Assembly (NCBI GenBank): GCA_038087875.1
Contig: CM075981.1
Coordinates: 2,418,001-2,482,000, forward strand
Source: Malacoraja senta
Lineage: Eukaryota
DNA: 64,000 bases
Direction of reading: 5' to 3'
Shown here: positions 49,963-61,510 of the stretch, piece after piece
How the letters are laid out: every line of letters begins with the position of its first letter
How positions within the stretch are numbered: the stretch's first letter is position 1
Position numbers and translations under genes: made by a program
Notes under the pieces: model-generated
Told to the model about the DNA's origin: nothing
Seen by the model: the letters and a program-made list of their open reading frames with translations, nothing else
Databases searched by the model: none

Positions 49963-52110
49963 CCCCACTAACCCCCCCTCCCTCTCCCTCTATCCCCTCC
50001 CTCTCTCTCTCTACCCCCTTGCTCTCTGCCTCTCTCCTTCTCTACCCCCTCCCTCTACCCTCCCCCTCTACCCCTCCTCCCTCTCTAGGTATTGAAGAGG
50101 GAGGGTGAAGTGGAGGAGGGGATGCGGAGAAATGTGCCGCGATTGCACAGTTGGGGGCTATGCATGAGTGGTGCAATATTGCGTTGGGCGAACGGGTGAG
50201 TGGTGGAATATTGCGTTGGGAGAGCAGACCAAATGTATCTGCACTTGGTCTGCACAGTAATTTTATATCATTCTATCAGGTCTATAGGTGTCTCTGTAGT
50301 GGCAGCCCTCCACTGTCTACCCTGGCCTGTCATGATTTTATACTTACACCATAAGTACACAATAAGGTCACAGTTATTCCAAGTAAACCAGACCATGATA
50401 GTACAAGACAAAGTACGTGGGGCATCACCAGTGGTGCAGTGTCCATCGGTGTTGTGTAGGGTTGAGGTGGGTGGCGTAGGGTTGTGGTTGGGGTTGTGCA
50501 GGCTGGTTCAACAACCTTATGCTTGCTGGGAAGAAGCTGCTCTGGAACCTGGAGGTCACGGTTCTCAGGCTCCTGTACCTTCCCCTCGGTAGTGGTGATA
50601 AGAGAGTGTGGCCAGGGTGGTGTGGGTCTTTAGCTGGAAGACCAGGCTCCATACGGAGGTAAGAAGGAAGCTTGTGACCTCCGTCCTGGTCAGCAGAGTT
50701 AACACAACTTCTCTACACACTCCCAACGAGGGTCAAAACTGGACTAATCAGCAGCCCTAACAATGCACGAGGGCAATGCATGGGCGACACAGCGGTAGAG
50801 TTGCTGCCTTACAGCGCTAGAGACCCGCCTTCGATTGTGACTACAGGTACTGTCTGTACGGTGTTTGTACGCTCTCCCTGTGACCGTGTGGGTTTCCTCC
50901 GGGTGCTCTCGTTTCTTTTCAGATTGCAAAGACGTGCAGATTTGTAGGTTAATTGGCTTCAGTAAATTGTCCCTAGTGTGTAGGTTAGAACTAGTGTAGG
51001 GGTGATCACTGGTTGGATTGGACTCGGAGGGCCGAAGAGCCTGTTTCCACGGTGTATCTCCAAGCAAAACAGAACTAAACTAAACTAATTTAAAGGCAAC
51101 CCCATGACACTTAACCCGGCGATGTTGCCCGTAGTGAGCAAGAGTTGCACAAAGTTCACACCCAACTCAATGCTGGCGTACAAAGAATCACTCACACCGG
51201 CTGTCTTCAGGGCAGGCAAAAGAGGATTTATTTCCATTAATTGTACATTTACCGGTGCAAGCAGGGTCAGTTCTCCTCACTGCATGCGATCCACGCTCAC
51301 ACCTTCCACGCTGCTCATCTTTATACCTTTACTGTTCCCTACTTAGTGTCATAGTCAAACAGCACGGACAAAGGACCTTCCCCCAATACCATGTGCTCTA
51401 ATTTTGCCCACTAATCTCCTATGTGGGACCTTATCAAATGCTTCCTGAAAGTCCAGGTACACTACATCCACTGGCTCTCCCTTGTCCCCAGATCCTCTGG
51501 CCACTAGTACCAGGGAGATTGTTTGTGTTCTCCTTAGTGAAGACGGATCCAAAGTACCTGTTCAACGTCTGCCATTTCCGTGTTCCCCATAATAAATTCG
51601 AAATTTTAGTCTTTAAGGGTCCAATTCTGCCACTTCACATATCTAAAGAGGATTTTACTATCCTTTATATTCTTGGCTAGCTTACCTTCGTACCTCATCT
51701 TTTCTCCCCGTATTGCTTTTTTAGTAATCTTCTGTTTCTCTTTAAAAGAGTTACCCAATCCCCTGGCTTTCCGCTCATCTTTGCAATGTTATACTTGTTC
51801 CCTTTTATTTTTATAGTGTCCCTGACTTCCCTTGTCAGCCACGGTCGCCCCTTACTCCCCTTGGAATCTTTCTTCCTCTTTGGAATCCAGGTGATCCGGT
51901 TTTGTCCCACATCCCAGAGACGTGCATGTTTGTACGCTAATTGATCAGTGTAAATTGTATCCAGTGTGTGGGATAGAACTAGTGTATGGGGTGATCACTG
52001 GTCCCCGTTGACTCTGTGGGCCGAAGGGCCTGTTTCCCTGCTGTACCTGAACTAAACTAAACTAAACTAAACTAGACTTTGCTACTGACCCTGGGACAGG
52101 CCCTGCTGAA

Positions 52111-52650
52111 TCAGTGGGAGATTCTCAGCTTGGTCAATAATTCACATATCGGTTCATTATGGGCCTGGGACCAAACACAGGAATATATCCCTTTATCTTT
52201 CTCTTTTACGCCTGACAGGAGCAACGCGGCATCCTGTTTCCCATGGACCATTTCATGCACGAACTTCCAGTGGACATCAGGTCCCTTGTAAGTATCAAAT
52301 ATTCTACTATCGTAATTGGCAATTTCAACACCATCTTTACTCCATTTAACATGCATGGGATAATTGTAATCTTTGGATACTTTACAGGGCAGCGTAATAG
52401 AACCACCCAGAGATGCAACGAGCACCTTCATGTCAATCGATGATAGGTGATGTCTGTATGTATCAGAATCTGTCTCGTTCGTGCATCTTGGAAGCTGTTT
52501 ATCGTTGACTTGCCGAGGCGCCCGTGCGTTCCACCCGGGCAAGTTTGCTTCCTCTCCCCATTCTCTGGAGATCGGACCTGTTCCAGTTCCGGAGACTTGC
52601 CACACCATCTCCACAAGGACCATGAATCCTATCCATCTCTGCAGTCCCAT
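52111..52650 (-). CDS. Predicted secreted single Ig V-type domain protein, paralog B (179 aa)
   Basis: Same acceptor and ATG context as paralog A; ITLPC...VKW...DAALLL...DKGIYSC; stop at the homologous position (actgattcagcaggg). Confidence 0.85.
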   Translation of the reverse strand: MGLQRWIGFMVLVEMVWQVSGTGTGPISREWGEEANLPGWNARAPRQVNDKQLPRCTNETDSDTYRHHLSSIDMKVLVASLGGSITLPCKVSKDYNYPMHVKWSKDGVEIANYDSRIFDTYKGPDVHWKFVHEMVHGKQDAALLLSGVKEKDKGIYSCVWSQAHNEPICELLTKLRISH

Positions 52651-53218
52651 GTTCCTGTGGGTGAAACAATGGGTCACCTTATTGCAACTCAGTAGGATTC
52701 ATGATGACATTCCCTGAACCCGCCCAGAGTTGGGGAACTTAGAACATCGGTTTAAGGTGAGGGGGGGAAAGATTTAATTGGAAACTGAGGGGTGACTTTT
52801 TTACACAAAGTGTGGAGGTTGTTTGGAACGAGCTGCCGGGAGAGTTAGTTGAGGCAGGTACTATCACAATGATTAAGAAACAGTTAGACAGGTACATTGA
52901 TAGGACAGGATTAGAGGGGTAAGGGCCAAAAGCAGGCAGGTGGAACTAGTTTTGATGGGACAAGTTGGTGGGCGAGGGCAAGTTGGGCCAAAGGTCTCGC
53001 TGTATGACTCTATGACTCCATCACTTGTCCCACCCCGGTCATTCCTCCTTCTCCCTGGTCCTGTCTAGCAGAAGGTACAGAAGCTTGAAAGCTCGCACCA
53101 CCAGACTCAGGAACAGCTTCTTCCCCTCTGCTATCAGGCTTCTGAACTGGGGGAACAGTGAACAGAGACAATCCCACCCCCATCACTCACAGACACTTGG
53201 ATCCACAGGGGTGGTTAC

Positions 53219-53372
53219 CAGCTCCGGAGTCTCCACACAGGGTGACGGGGCCGGTCTTGTTCACATCTGCTGCCATCGCTCGCTCCTTTTATACTTACTC
53301 CCGGCTTCTCCTGACCCTCATTGCCTGCGCTCACGTACTTTCAACCAATCACTATCTCCCACGGAGCATTGG
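53219..53372 (-). promoter_or_regulatory. Promoter and non-coding exon 1 of paralog B
   Basis: Donor GTAACC at 53213-53218; TATAAAAG at 53286-53293; CCAAT boxes at 53345-53349 and 53368-53372. Confidence 0.65.
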
Positions 53373-55010
53373 CCGGTGTCAGCCGCGACCTCTCCACCCT
53401 CTGCCAAACGTGTCCTTGCATCAGCCATTAACGTTTAACAAGAACAACGCCATCCCAGCTGCCAGAGGCCAACCAGGCGCCACACACATCCTGCTTGTGT
53501 CTCCACCACGTCTGGCCCAGCCACGCCACGTCACCACCGCAGCCCTGGCACCTGCACTGTTTTCACAGTTTATACTCAGCAGTGCGGGGAGCCAGTGTCA
53601 CCTCTCCCCGATCAACCCCCTCAACGTGTAACCTACCCCCTGCCCACTGTTGGACAGCAGTTGGTGGAGCAGCTGTTCCACAAGTCACTGGTCAGGAGAG
53701 AGTTGAAGTGGGGGGGTGGTGACCACAGACAGAGAACATCGGTCGGCCCAGGACTGGGTTTGTCATGGCCCCAGTGAACCCCAGGGAGGAACAACAGTCG
53801 ACTAATTTCAGAAATCAACTTTATTCAGAATAAAAAATAGACACAACACAAACCGTGTGACAATAGACAATAGGTGCAGCAGCAGGCCATTTGGCCCTTC
53901 GAGCTAGCACCGCCATTTTCAATTTCAATTCAATTTCAATTCAACTTTATTGTCATTGCACAGATACAAGTATAGGTACAATGAAATGCAGTCTAGCATC
54001 TGCTCGTAGTGATATTGCAATATAGAAATAAAAATACAGAATAAGCAAACAATGTGGACGGAGAGACTGGAGAAATCTATCGGCGGGGACTCCGAGTTCA
54101 GCAATGTGATAGTGTTGTTGAAGAAGCTGTTCCTCATCCTGCTTGTACGAGACCTGAGGCTTCGGTACCGCCTCCCTGATGGGAGGAGGGCAAACAGTCC
54201 ATGGTTAGGGTGGGAGGGGTCCTTGATGATCTTCCCGGCCTGTCTCAGACACCGTTTTCGGTGGAGGGCATCCATTGCAGGGAGCGGGGCACCGATGATG
54301 TACTGAGCGGTTTTCACCACCCATTCAATGTGATCATGGCTGATCATCCCCAATCAGTACCCCGTTCCTGCCTTCTCCCCGTATCCCCTGACTATTTTTA
54401 ACAGCCCTATCTAGCTCTCTCTTGAAAGCATCCAGAGAACCTGCCTCCACTGCCCTCTGAGGCAGAGAATTCCACAGAATTCCAGTGTGAAAAGACTCTT
54501 CATCCAATCTCAGTGTGTACATTGAATAATGTCATACTCAGTAGTGTTTGCACCTGTCATTAAAGCAACAGTGAGAGACTACGTGAAGAACCCGCCAGCC
54601 CGCATGCGCATCAATCTTCAAAGCAACTGTATGAAACCACAGACCACTTGCACCAAACTAAACTATAGAAAGATTAATAACCCTTGACTTACCGAATGAT
54701 CTTTATGACATTCAGGGTTGGGAGTGGAGGGCACGTAGTCTCTCACTCCAATTGCTCATAAAATAAAGATCAAACTTCAAACGGTAAGTTCTCGTTTAAT
54801 CTTTCTATTTTATTTCGAAGTCTCGTGACGAGACTACGTGAAGCCTTCGAAGCTCTGTGGTTTCATGCAGTAAACCAATCTGTATGTGAACACACTACAC
54901 AGATAAACCATAAATGGTTGAAAGAAAAAACATAGGCCATTCAAACAAGATGCTAACTTTACATAAATGTATATCGCCCTTAACAGAACCAAAGTCCCAT
55001 TACATCGGGG

Positions 55011-55900
55011 TTAGACAAGTGTCTCAATTAACACAGCCCATAATTCTATCTGCAATTGTCCAGACCTGTTAATCGGTTTATTATAAAACTTCCAAAACAT
55101 GCGTTCATCGGACCATTCTGCTGTTGCAAGAATGTGATCAAGAGGAACCTCCATTCTATTTGCTGCCGACGTAGCTGCAGCCCTGGTAGAGTGAGACTTG
55201 AAAATATCAGAATTCACTCCCGCTTCCAACAGCGTACACTTTATCCATCTTGAAATAGTCTGCACCGATACTCTCTTGTGTGGCTTTATATAACTTATGA
55301 AGAAAGCTTTTTCCTCATCTCGAATATTTTTAGTAACCTCAATGTACTTCTTCACATAAATACAAACACACAATCTCCGATCCGGTGGGTATTCTGCCAG
55401 ATCTAACTTGTACCCCACCACGCCTGGCCTGCTCTGCTTTATCAGATCATCCACATAAAATACCACTTTCTTGTCAGTTACAGCAGTTATCCAGACGGAG
55501 TTTGTGCAAAGACTGAGCTCTTTGCGCTGAAATAAGTGCCATAAGCATCACTAACTTAACAGTGAGCGGTTCCAACGTCAGCGATGCAGCTAGTGCCAGA
55601 TTGCGAAGCAAACTCAAAACTACTTTCACATTTCACACTTCATTATATCTAGGCCTTGGAGGGTTCATATTAAAGACACCTTTCATGAACTTTGACACCA
55701 ATGGATGAGTGCCAATAGTTTATTGTCCCAGCCAAGCACTAGGTACGATGATAAAGCACTGCGAGCAGTGTTAATAGCGCTATAACTCTCAAAAAACAAA
55801 ACTGAAAGAAAATCCAAAACATCAGCTACTTCTGCCTTAAAGTAGCTCAGGTGTGCATCCTCACAAAACGTTTTCCATTGTTTTATTTTCCCCATAAACC
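55011..55900 (-). pseudogene. DIRS tyrosine recombinase, disrupted
   Basis: KPHKRVSVQTISRWIK...FKSHSTRAAATSAA...W....F.KFYNKPI carries the HxxR and catalytic Tyr region. Confidence 0.85.
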
Positions 55901-56089
55901 TCTGCTACTTCTGTTTAAAAGTAGCTCACATGTGTCTCTTCACAAACCTTTTCCATACAACCATGCATTGATAGTTGCACGAGTGTTAGGTTGAACTAAC
56001 CACTGCTCGCGTCTGTGAGTAAATATAGGAGCTTCTTTCAGCAGACCTATTTACAATGGTTGAATAGGCCAATTTGGCGCTACTATAAT

Positions 56090-56930
56090 TCATGTTGCCT
56101 CGTCTTGAATTATCTTTGGAAGCATCTTCCAATATCTATACCCTGTGCATGCCTCTACAATATTCTGTTTCTTATCTATGGGTAGGGTGACAGACATATC
56201 TGCAGAGTTTATAACAAAACCTAGATATGTAATAGATTTTGTCGGCTCCAGTATGGAGTTTCCTCGATGAATAACAAACCCTAGATATTCTAGGAGTGCC
56301 TTTGTTGTTGAAACAGCTAACTCTGTGACACATGATCTCTTCCCAACAATGAGCATGTCATCAATAAACCCCACGATAATATGCCCTTTAGATCTGAGTA
56401 GGGCAACATTGGCTTTAGAATCTTTGTAAATAGCTTAGGGCTGAACTCAACCCCTTAGGTAGAGCCTAAAATTGTCACAGCTGGCCTTGCCAGATAAACT
56501 TCAGATATATTATGTGGCTCTCGTGTATTGGTACTGAATAGTATGCATCTTCGAGATCGATAGAAGCCATGAAGCAATCCTCTGTAATCAGCTGAATTTT
56601 GCTGAATGAAAAATATCCATCTTAAAATGGGTATATTCCAAGCACGTGTTCAGACTAGCTAATCCTAGAATGATTCGATATGCTCCAATTTTCTTCAACC
56701 TGAAGAAGATATTAGAAATATACCCCTCTTGTTCATGGGCAGACTGCACAATCACACCCCTTTTGTGTAGATTCTCTATTTCATCGGATAGCCATAATTT
56801 CCTCTTTAGACCGCATGTACGGGAGTCTTGGCTTTACTTGCTGCGGAGATATTTGATCAGCTAGAAACTCAATCTTATAACCATTTGTGATTAGTAAGCT
56901 AAAAGGATCAGAGGTTATCTGTCCCACCTG
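56090..56930 (-). pseudogene. DIRS reverse transcriptase, disrupted
   Basis: ITSDP...MASIDLEDAYYSVPI...GFIDDMLIV...YLGFVINS read across frameshifts and stops. Confidence 0.85.
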
Positions 56931-57259
56931 TTTATGGGATAGTTGAGGATGGAGACTCAGAGCTGCTGTAGATTTGGAAGCAACAGCAGGAGAAGATTAG
57001 CAAGAGAAAACACTGATTGGCTCTAGCCCAAGAGAGAGGAGAGGTGAGTCAAAGCGGGGAAAACAGTTGAAAACTGAGGAATTTGGATTGGAAATTGGTA
57101 AATTAGGCAATTTATCAGTCAATATAAGCAAGACTGCTCTTAGGGAGCGGCAGTGAGGGAGCGGCCTTGTGAGAAAAGTGTGAGTCTTTGGCTCGAGAGT
57201 CTTCGGCTGAGGAGAGGAGGCTACGCAAAACACTGCAGAGGGAGAGACGAAAGAAGGAG

Positions 57260-58186
57260 ATGTCAGGCAAGCTGATTCAGTGTGATGCTTGCAGTATGTG
57301 GGAGGTCAAGGACACTGCTGGTGCCTCTGGCTGCTACAAATGTGACAAGTGCATCCAGGTACAGCTCCTGAAGGACCGTGTTGGGGAACTGGAGAAGCAA
57401 GTGGATGACCTCAGGTTTGTCCGAGAAACTGAGTCATTCCTCGACAAGTCCTACAGTAAGATTGTTACCCCTAAGGTACTGGAAGAGAGAAGGTGGGAGA
57501 CAGTGAGAAAGGGAGGGAAGCATGGAATGCAAACGTCCCCAGGTGTTGTACCTCTTGTGAACAGGTTCGCCCACTTAGAAGCTGTCGGGACAGAAGACGT
57601 GTTTACACTGAGCGGCGGACTGGCTTGCGATGCGAATAGGGCTGTTGAGCCAAAACCAAAAAGGCCAAAGTCAGGCAACGCCATTGTAGTGGGAGACTCC
57701 ATTGTGAGAGGTACGGACAGGGGTTTCTGCGGCAACAGACGGGATTCGAGGATGGTGTGCTGCCTTCCTGGTGCCAGGATCCAGGATGTCACGGACAGAG
57801 TGCAGAAAATCCTCAAGGGCGAAGGTGAACAGCCGGAAGTGGTAGTGCATGTCGGCACAAACGATGTCGGAAAGAAGGGGATGAATATTCTGCAGCGTGA
57901 CTTTAGAGAGCTCGGAAAAATGCTGAAAAGCAGGACCTCCAGGGTTGTTATCTCCGGTTTACTTCCAGTTCCTCGTGCTGGCGAGAGCAGGAACAGGAAG
58001 ATACGGGACCTGAATGTGTGGCTGAGGAACTGGTGCACGGGGCAGGGATTTAGATTCTTAGATCACTGGGATCTGTTTTGGAGTAAAAGGGAACTGTACA
58101 AAAGGGACAGATTGCATCTTAACAGGTGGGGGACCAGCATTCTGGCAGGCAGGTTTGCCACTGCTACACGGGTGGTTTTAAACTGA
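57260..58186 (+). CDS. CR1 ORF1p: Cys zinc finger, coiled coil, SGNH/GDSL esterase
   Basis: MSGKLIQCDAC...CDKC; GDSIVR, PGARI, VHVGTND and DRLHLN blocks; frame uninterrupted. Confidence 0.9.
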   Translation: MSGKLIQCDACSMWEVKDTAGASGCYKCDKCIQVQLLKDRVGELEKQVDDLRFVRETESFLDKSYSKIVTPKVLEERRWETVRKGGKHGMQTSPGVVPLVNRFAHLEAVGTEDVFTLSGGLACDANRAVEPKPKRPKSGNAIVVGDSIVRGTDRGFCGNRRDSRMVCCLPGARIQDVTDRVQKILKGEGEQPEVVVHVGTNDVGKKGMNILQRDFRELGKMLKSRTSRVVISGLLPVPRAGESRNRKIRDLNVWLRNWCTGQGFRFLDHWDLFWSKRELYKRDRLHLNRWGTSILAGRFATATRVVLN

Positions 58187-58216
58187 ATAAGGGGGGTGGG
58201 GTGTCGAATGGGATAG

Positions 58217-61196
58217 TTGAGGATGGAGTTAAAGGGAAAGGGTTTCTTAAATGTGTGCGTAGAGACAGAGGAGTGTAAAATGAGGGTAGAAGCAATAGGT
58301 AGCAAGGTGAAAAGTAAAAGTGGCAGGCAGACAAATCCAGGGCAAAAATCAAAAAGGGCCACTTTTCAACATAATTGTATAAGGGGTAAGAGTGTTGTAA
58401 AAACAAGCCTGAAGGCTTTGTGTCTCAATGCAAGGAGCATTTGTAATAAGGTGGATGAGTTGAATGTGCTGATAGCTATTAATGACTATGATATAGTTGG
58501 GATCACGGAGACATGGCTCCAGGGTAACCAAGGCTGGGAGCTGAACATCCAGGGATATTCAATATTCAGGAGGGATAGACAGAAAGGGAAAGGAGGTGGG
58601 GTAGCGTTGCTCGTTAGAGAGCAGATTAACGCAATAGAAAGGAAGGACATTAGCTTGGAGGATGTGGAATCGATATGGATAGAGCTGCGAAACACTAAGG
58701 GGCAGAAAACGCTAGTGGGAGTTGTGTACAGGCCACCTAACAGTAGTAGTGGAGTTGGGGATGGCATCAAACAGGAAATTAGAAATGCGTGCAACAAAGG
58801 TAAAACAGTTATAATGGGTGACTTCAATCTACATATAGATTGGGTGAATCAAATTGGCAAGGGTGCTGAGGAAGAGGATTTCTTGGAATGTATGCGGGAT
58901 CGTTTTCTAAACCAACATGTAGAGGAACCAATGAGAGAGCAGGCTATTCTAGATTGGGTATTGAGTAATGAGGAAGGGTTAGTTAGCAGTCTTGTTGTGC
59001 ATGGCCCCTTGGGCAAGAGTGACCATAATGTGGTTGAGTTCTCATTAGGATGGAGAGTGACATTGTTAATTCAGAAACAAGGGTCCTGAACTTAAAGAAA
59101 GGTAACTTTGAGGGTATGAGAAGTGAATTGGCCAAGATAGACTGGCAATTGATTCTTAATGGGTTGACGGTAGATATGCAATGGAAGGCATTTAAAGACT
59201 GCATGGATGAACTACAACAATTGTTCATCCCAGTTTGGCAAAAGAATAAATCAGGGAAGGTAGCGCATCTGTGGATAACAAGGGAAATCAGGGATAGTAT
59301 CAAAACAAAAGATGAAGCGTACAAATTAGCCAGAAAAAGCAGCCTACCAGAGGACTGGGAGAAATTCAGAGTCCAGCAGAGGAGGACAAAGGGCTTAATT
59401 AGGAAAGGGAAAATAGATTATGAAAGAAAACTGGCAGGGAACATAAAAACTGACTACAAAAGCTTTTATAGATATGTGAAGAGAAAAAGATTAGTTAAAA
59501 CAAATGTAGGTCCCTTGCAGTCAGAAACAGGTGAATTGATCATGGGGAACAAGGACATGGCAGACCAATTGAATAACTACTTTGGTTCTGTCTTCACTAA
59601 GGAAGACATAAATAATCTGCCGGAAATAGCAGGGGACCGGGGGTCAAATGAGATGGAGGAACTGAGTGAAATCCAGGTAGCCGGGAAGTGGTGTTAGGTA
59701 AATTGAATGGATTAAAGGCCGATAAATTCCCAGGGCCAGATAGGCTGCATCCCAGAGTACTTAAGGAAGTAGCCCCAGAAATAGTGGATGCATTAGTGAT
59801 AATTTTTCAAAACTCTTTAGATTCTGGAGTAGTTCCTGAGGATTGGAGGGTAGCTGATATAACCCCACTTTTTAAAATGGGAGGGAGAGAGAAAACAGGG
59901 AATTACAGACCAGTTAATCTAACGTCGGTAGTGGGGAAACTGCTAGAATCAGTTATTAAAGATGGGATAGCAGCACATTTGGAAGTGGTGAAATCATTGG
60001 ACAAAGTCAGCATAGATTTATGAAAGGTAAATCTTGTCTGACGAATCTTATAGAATTTTTCGAGGATGTAACTAGTAGAGTGGATAAGGGAGAACCAGTG
60101 GATGTGTTATATCTGGACTTTCAGAAGGCTTTCGACAAGGTCCCACATAAGAGATTAGTATACAAACTTAAAGCACACGGTATTGGGGGTTCAGTATTGA
60201 AGTGGATAGAGAACTGGCTGGCAGACAGGAAGCAAAGAGTAGGAGTAAACGGGTCCTTTTCACAATGGCAGGCAGTGACTAGTGGGGTACCGCAAGGCTC
60301 AGTGCTTGGACCCCAGCTATTTACGATATATATTAATGATTTGGACGAGGGAATTGAATGCAACATCTCCAAGTTTGCAGATGACACGAAGCTGGGGGGC
60401 AGTGTTAGCTGTGAGGAGGATGCTCGGAGGCTGCAAGGTGACTTGGATAGGCTGGGTGAGTGGGCAAATGCATGGCAGATGCAGTATAATGTGGATAAAT
60501 GTGAGGTTATCCACTTTGGTGGCAAAAACAGGAAAGTAGACTATTATCTGAATGGTGGCCGATTAGGAAAAGGGGAGATGCATGGTACACCAGTCATTAA
60601 AAGTAGGCATGCAGGTGCAGCAGGCAGTGAAGAAGGCGAATGGTATGTTAGCATTCATAGCAAAAGGATTTGAGTATATGAGCAGGGAGGTTCTACTGCG
60701 GTTGTACAGGGTCTTGGTGAGACCACACCTGGAGTATTGCGTACAGTTTTGGTCTCCTAATATGAGGAAAGACATTCTTGCCTTAGAGGGAGTACAGCGA
60801 AGGTTCACCAGACTGATTCCTGGGATGTCAGGACTTTCATATGAAGAAAGACTGGATAGACTCGGTTTGTACTCGCTAGAATTTAGAAGATTGAGGGGGG
60901 ATCTTATGGAAACGTTCAAAATTCTTAAGGGGTTGGACAGGCTAGATGCAGGAAGATTGTTCCCGATGTTGGGGAAGTCCAGAACAAGGGGTCACAGTTT
61001 AAGGATAAGGGGGAAATCTTTTAGGACCGAGATGAGGAAAACATTTTTCACACAGAGAGTGGTGAATCTCTGGAATTCTCTGCCACAAAAGGTAGTTGAG
61101 GCCAGTTCATTGGCTATATTTAAGAGGGAGTTAGATGTGGCCCTTGTGGCTAAAGAGATCAGGGGGTATGGAGAGAAAGCAGGTACAGGATACTGA
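58217..61196 (+). pseudogene. CR1 ORF2 (APE endonuclease plus RT) with four frameshifts
   Basis: ITETW, VVYRPP, MGDFN and SDH endonuclease motifs; YLDFQKAFD, GVPQGSVLGP and KFADD RT motifs, spread over five ORFs. Confidence 0.93.
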
Positions 61197-61353
61197 GTTG
61201 GATGATCAGCCATGATCATATCGAATGGCGGTGCAGGCTCGAAGGGCCGAATGGCCTACTCCTGCACCTATTTTCTATGTTTCTATGTTTCTATGAACAG
61301 TCACAATCTACCTCAGACTTGAATATCGTCAGCACATCTCATGCGACTGATGG

Positions 61354-61510
61354 AAACATATTTGCATGCCTCAACGGCCTCCACCTCTTGGTCGCTTTGC
61401 TGTCCATGACGAGACAGACGGTGGCTGTAGGAGTGATCAAGGCATTTTCTAAGAAAGAACTTGCTATAAAAACCACCAAGGCTGCCAATAAAATAATAGG
61501 CAAGAGGTGA
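61354..61510 (+). pseudogene. eef1a: eEF1A-like C-terminal fragment (probable retrocopy)
   Basis: [10 protein letters not shown](2-nt deletion)[11 protein letters not shown]..KK.....KTTKAA...* versus eEF1A [22 protein letters not shown]. Confidence 0.75.

Larger units (their letters stand above)
50152..53510. repeat. Segmental duplication unit 2 (paralogous to 40716-46440)
   Basis: See unit 1. Confidence 0.9.
56934..61296 (+). mobile_element. Near full-length CR1 LINE
   Basis: 5' UTR, ORF1, ORF2 and (TTTCTATG)n tail. The 5' boundary is uncertain between 56934 and ~57130. Confidence 0.93.

Noticed and set aside
45182-52650. Rearranging Ig/TCR/IgNAR V segments
   Set aside because: No heptamer/nonamer RSS, no leader intron, and the ORFs include their own G strand and stop codon.
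57451-60919. Minus-strand ORFs over the CR1 element (e.g. 57451-58038, 60121-60525)
   Set aside because: They are antisense shadows of CR1 ORF1 and ORF2.
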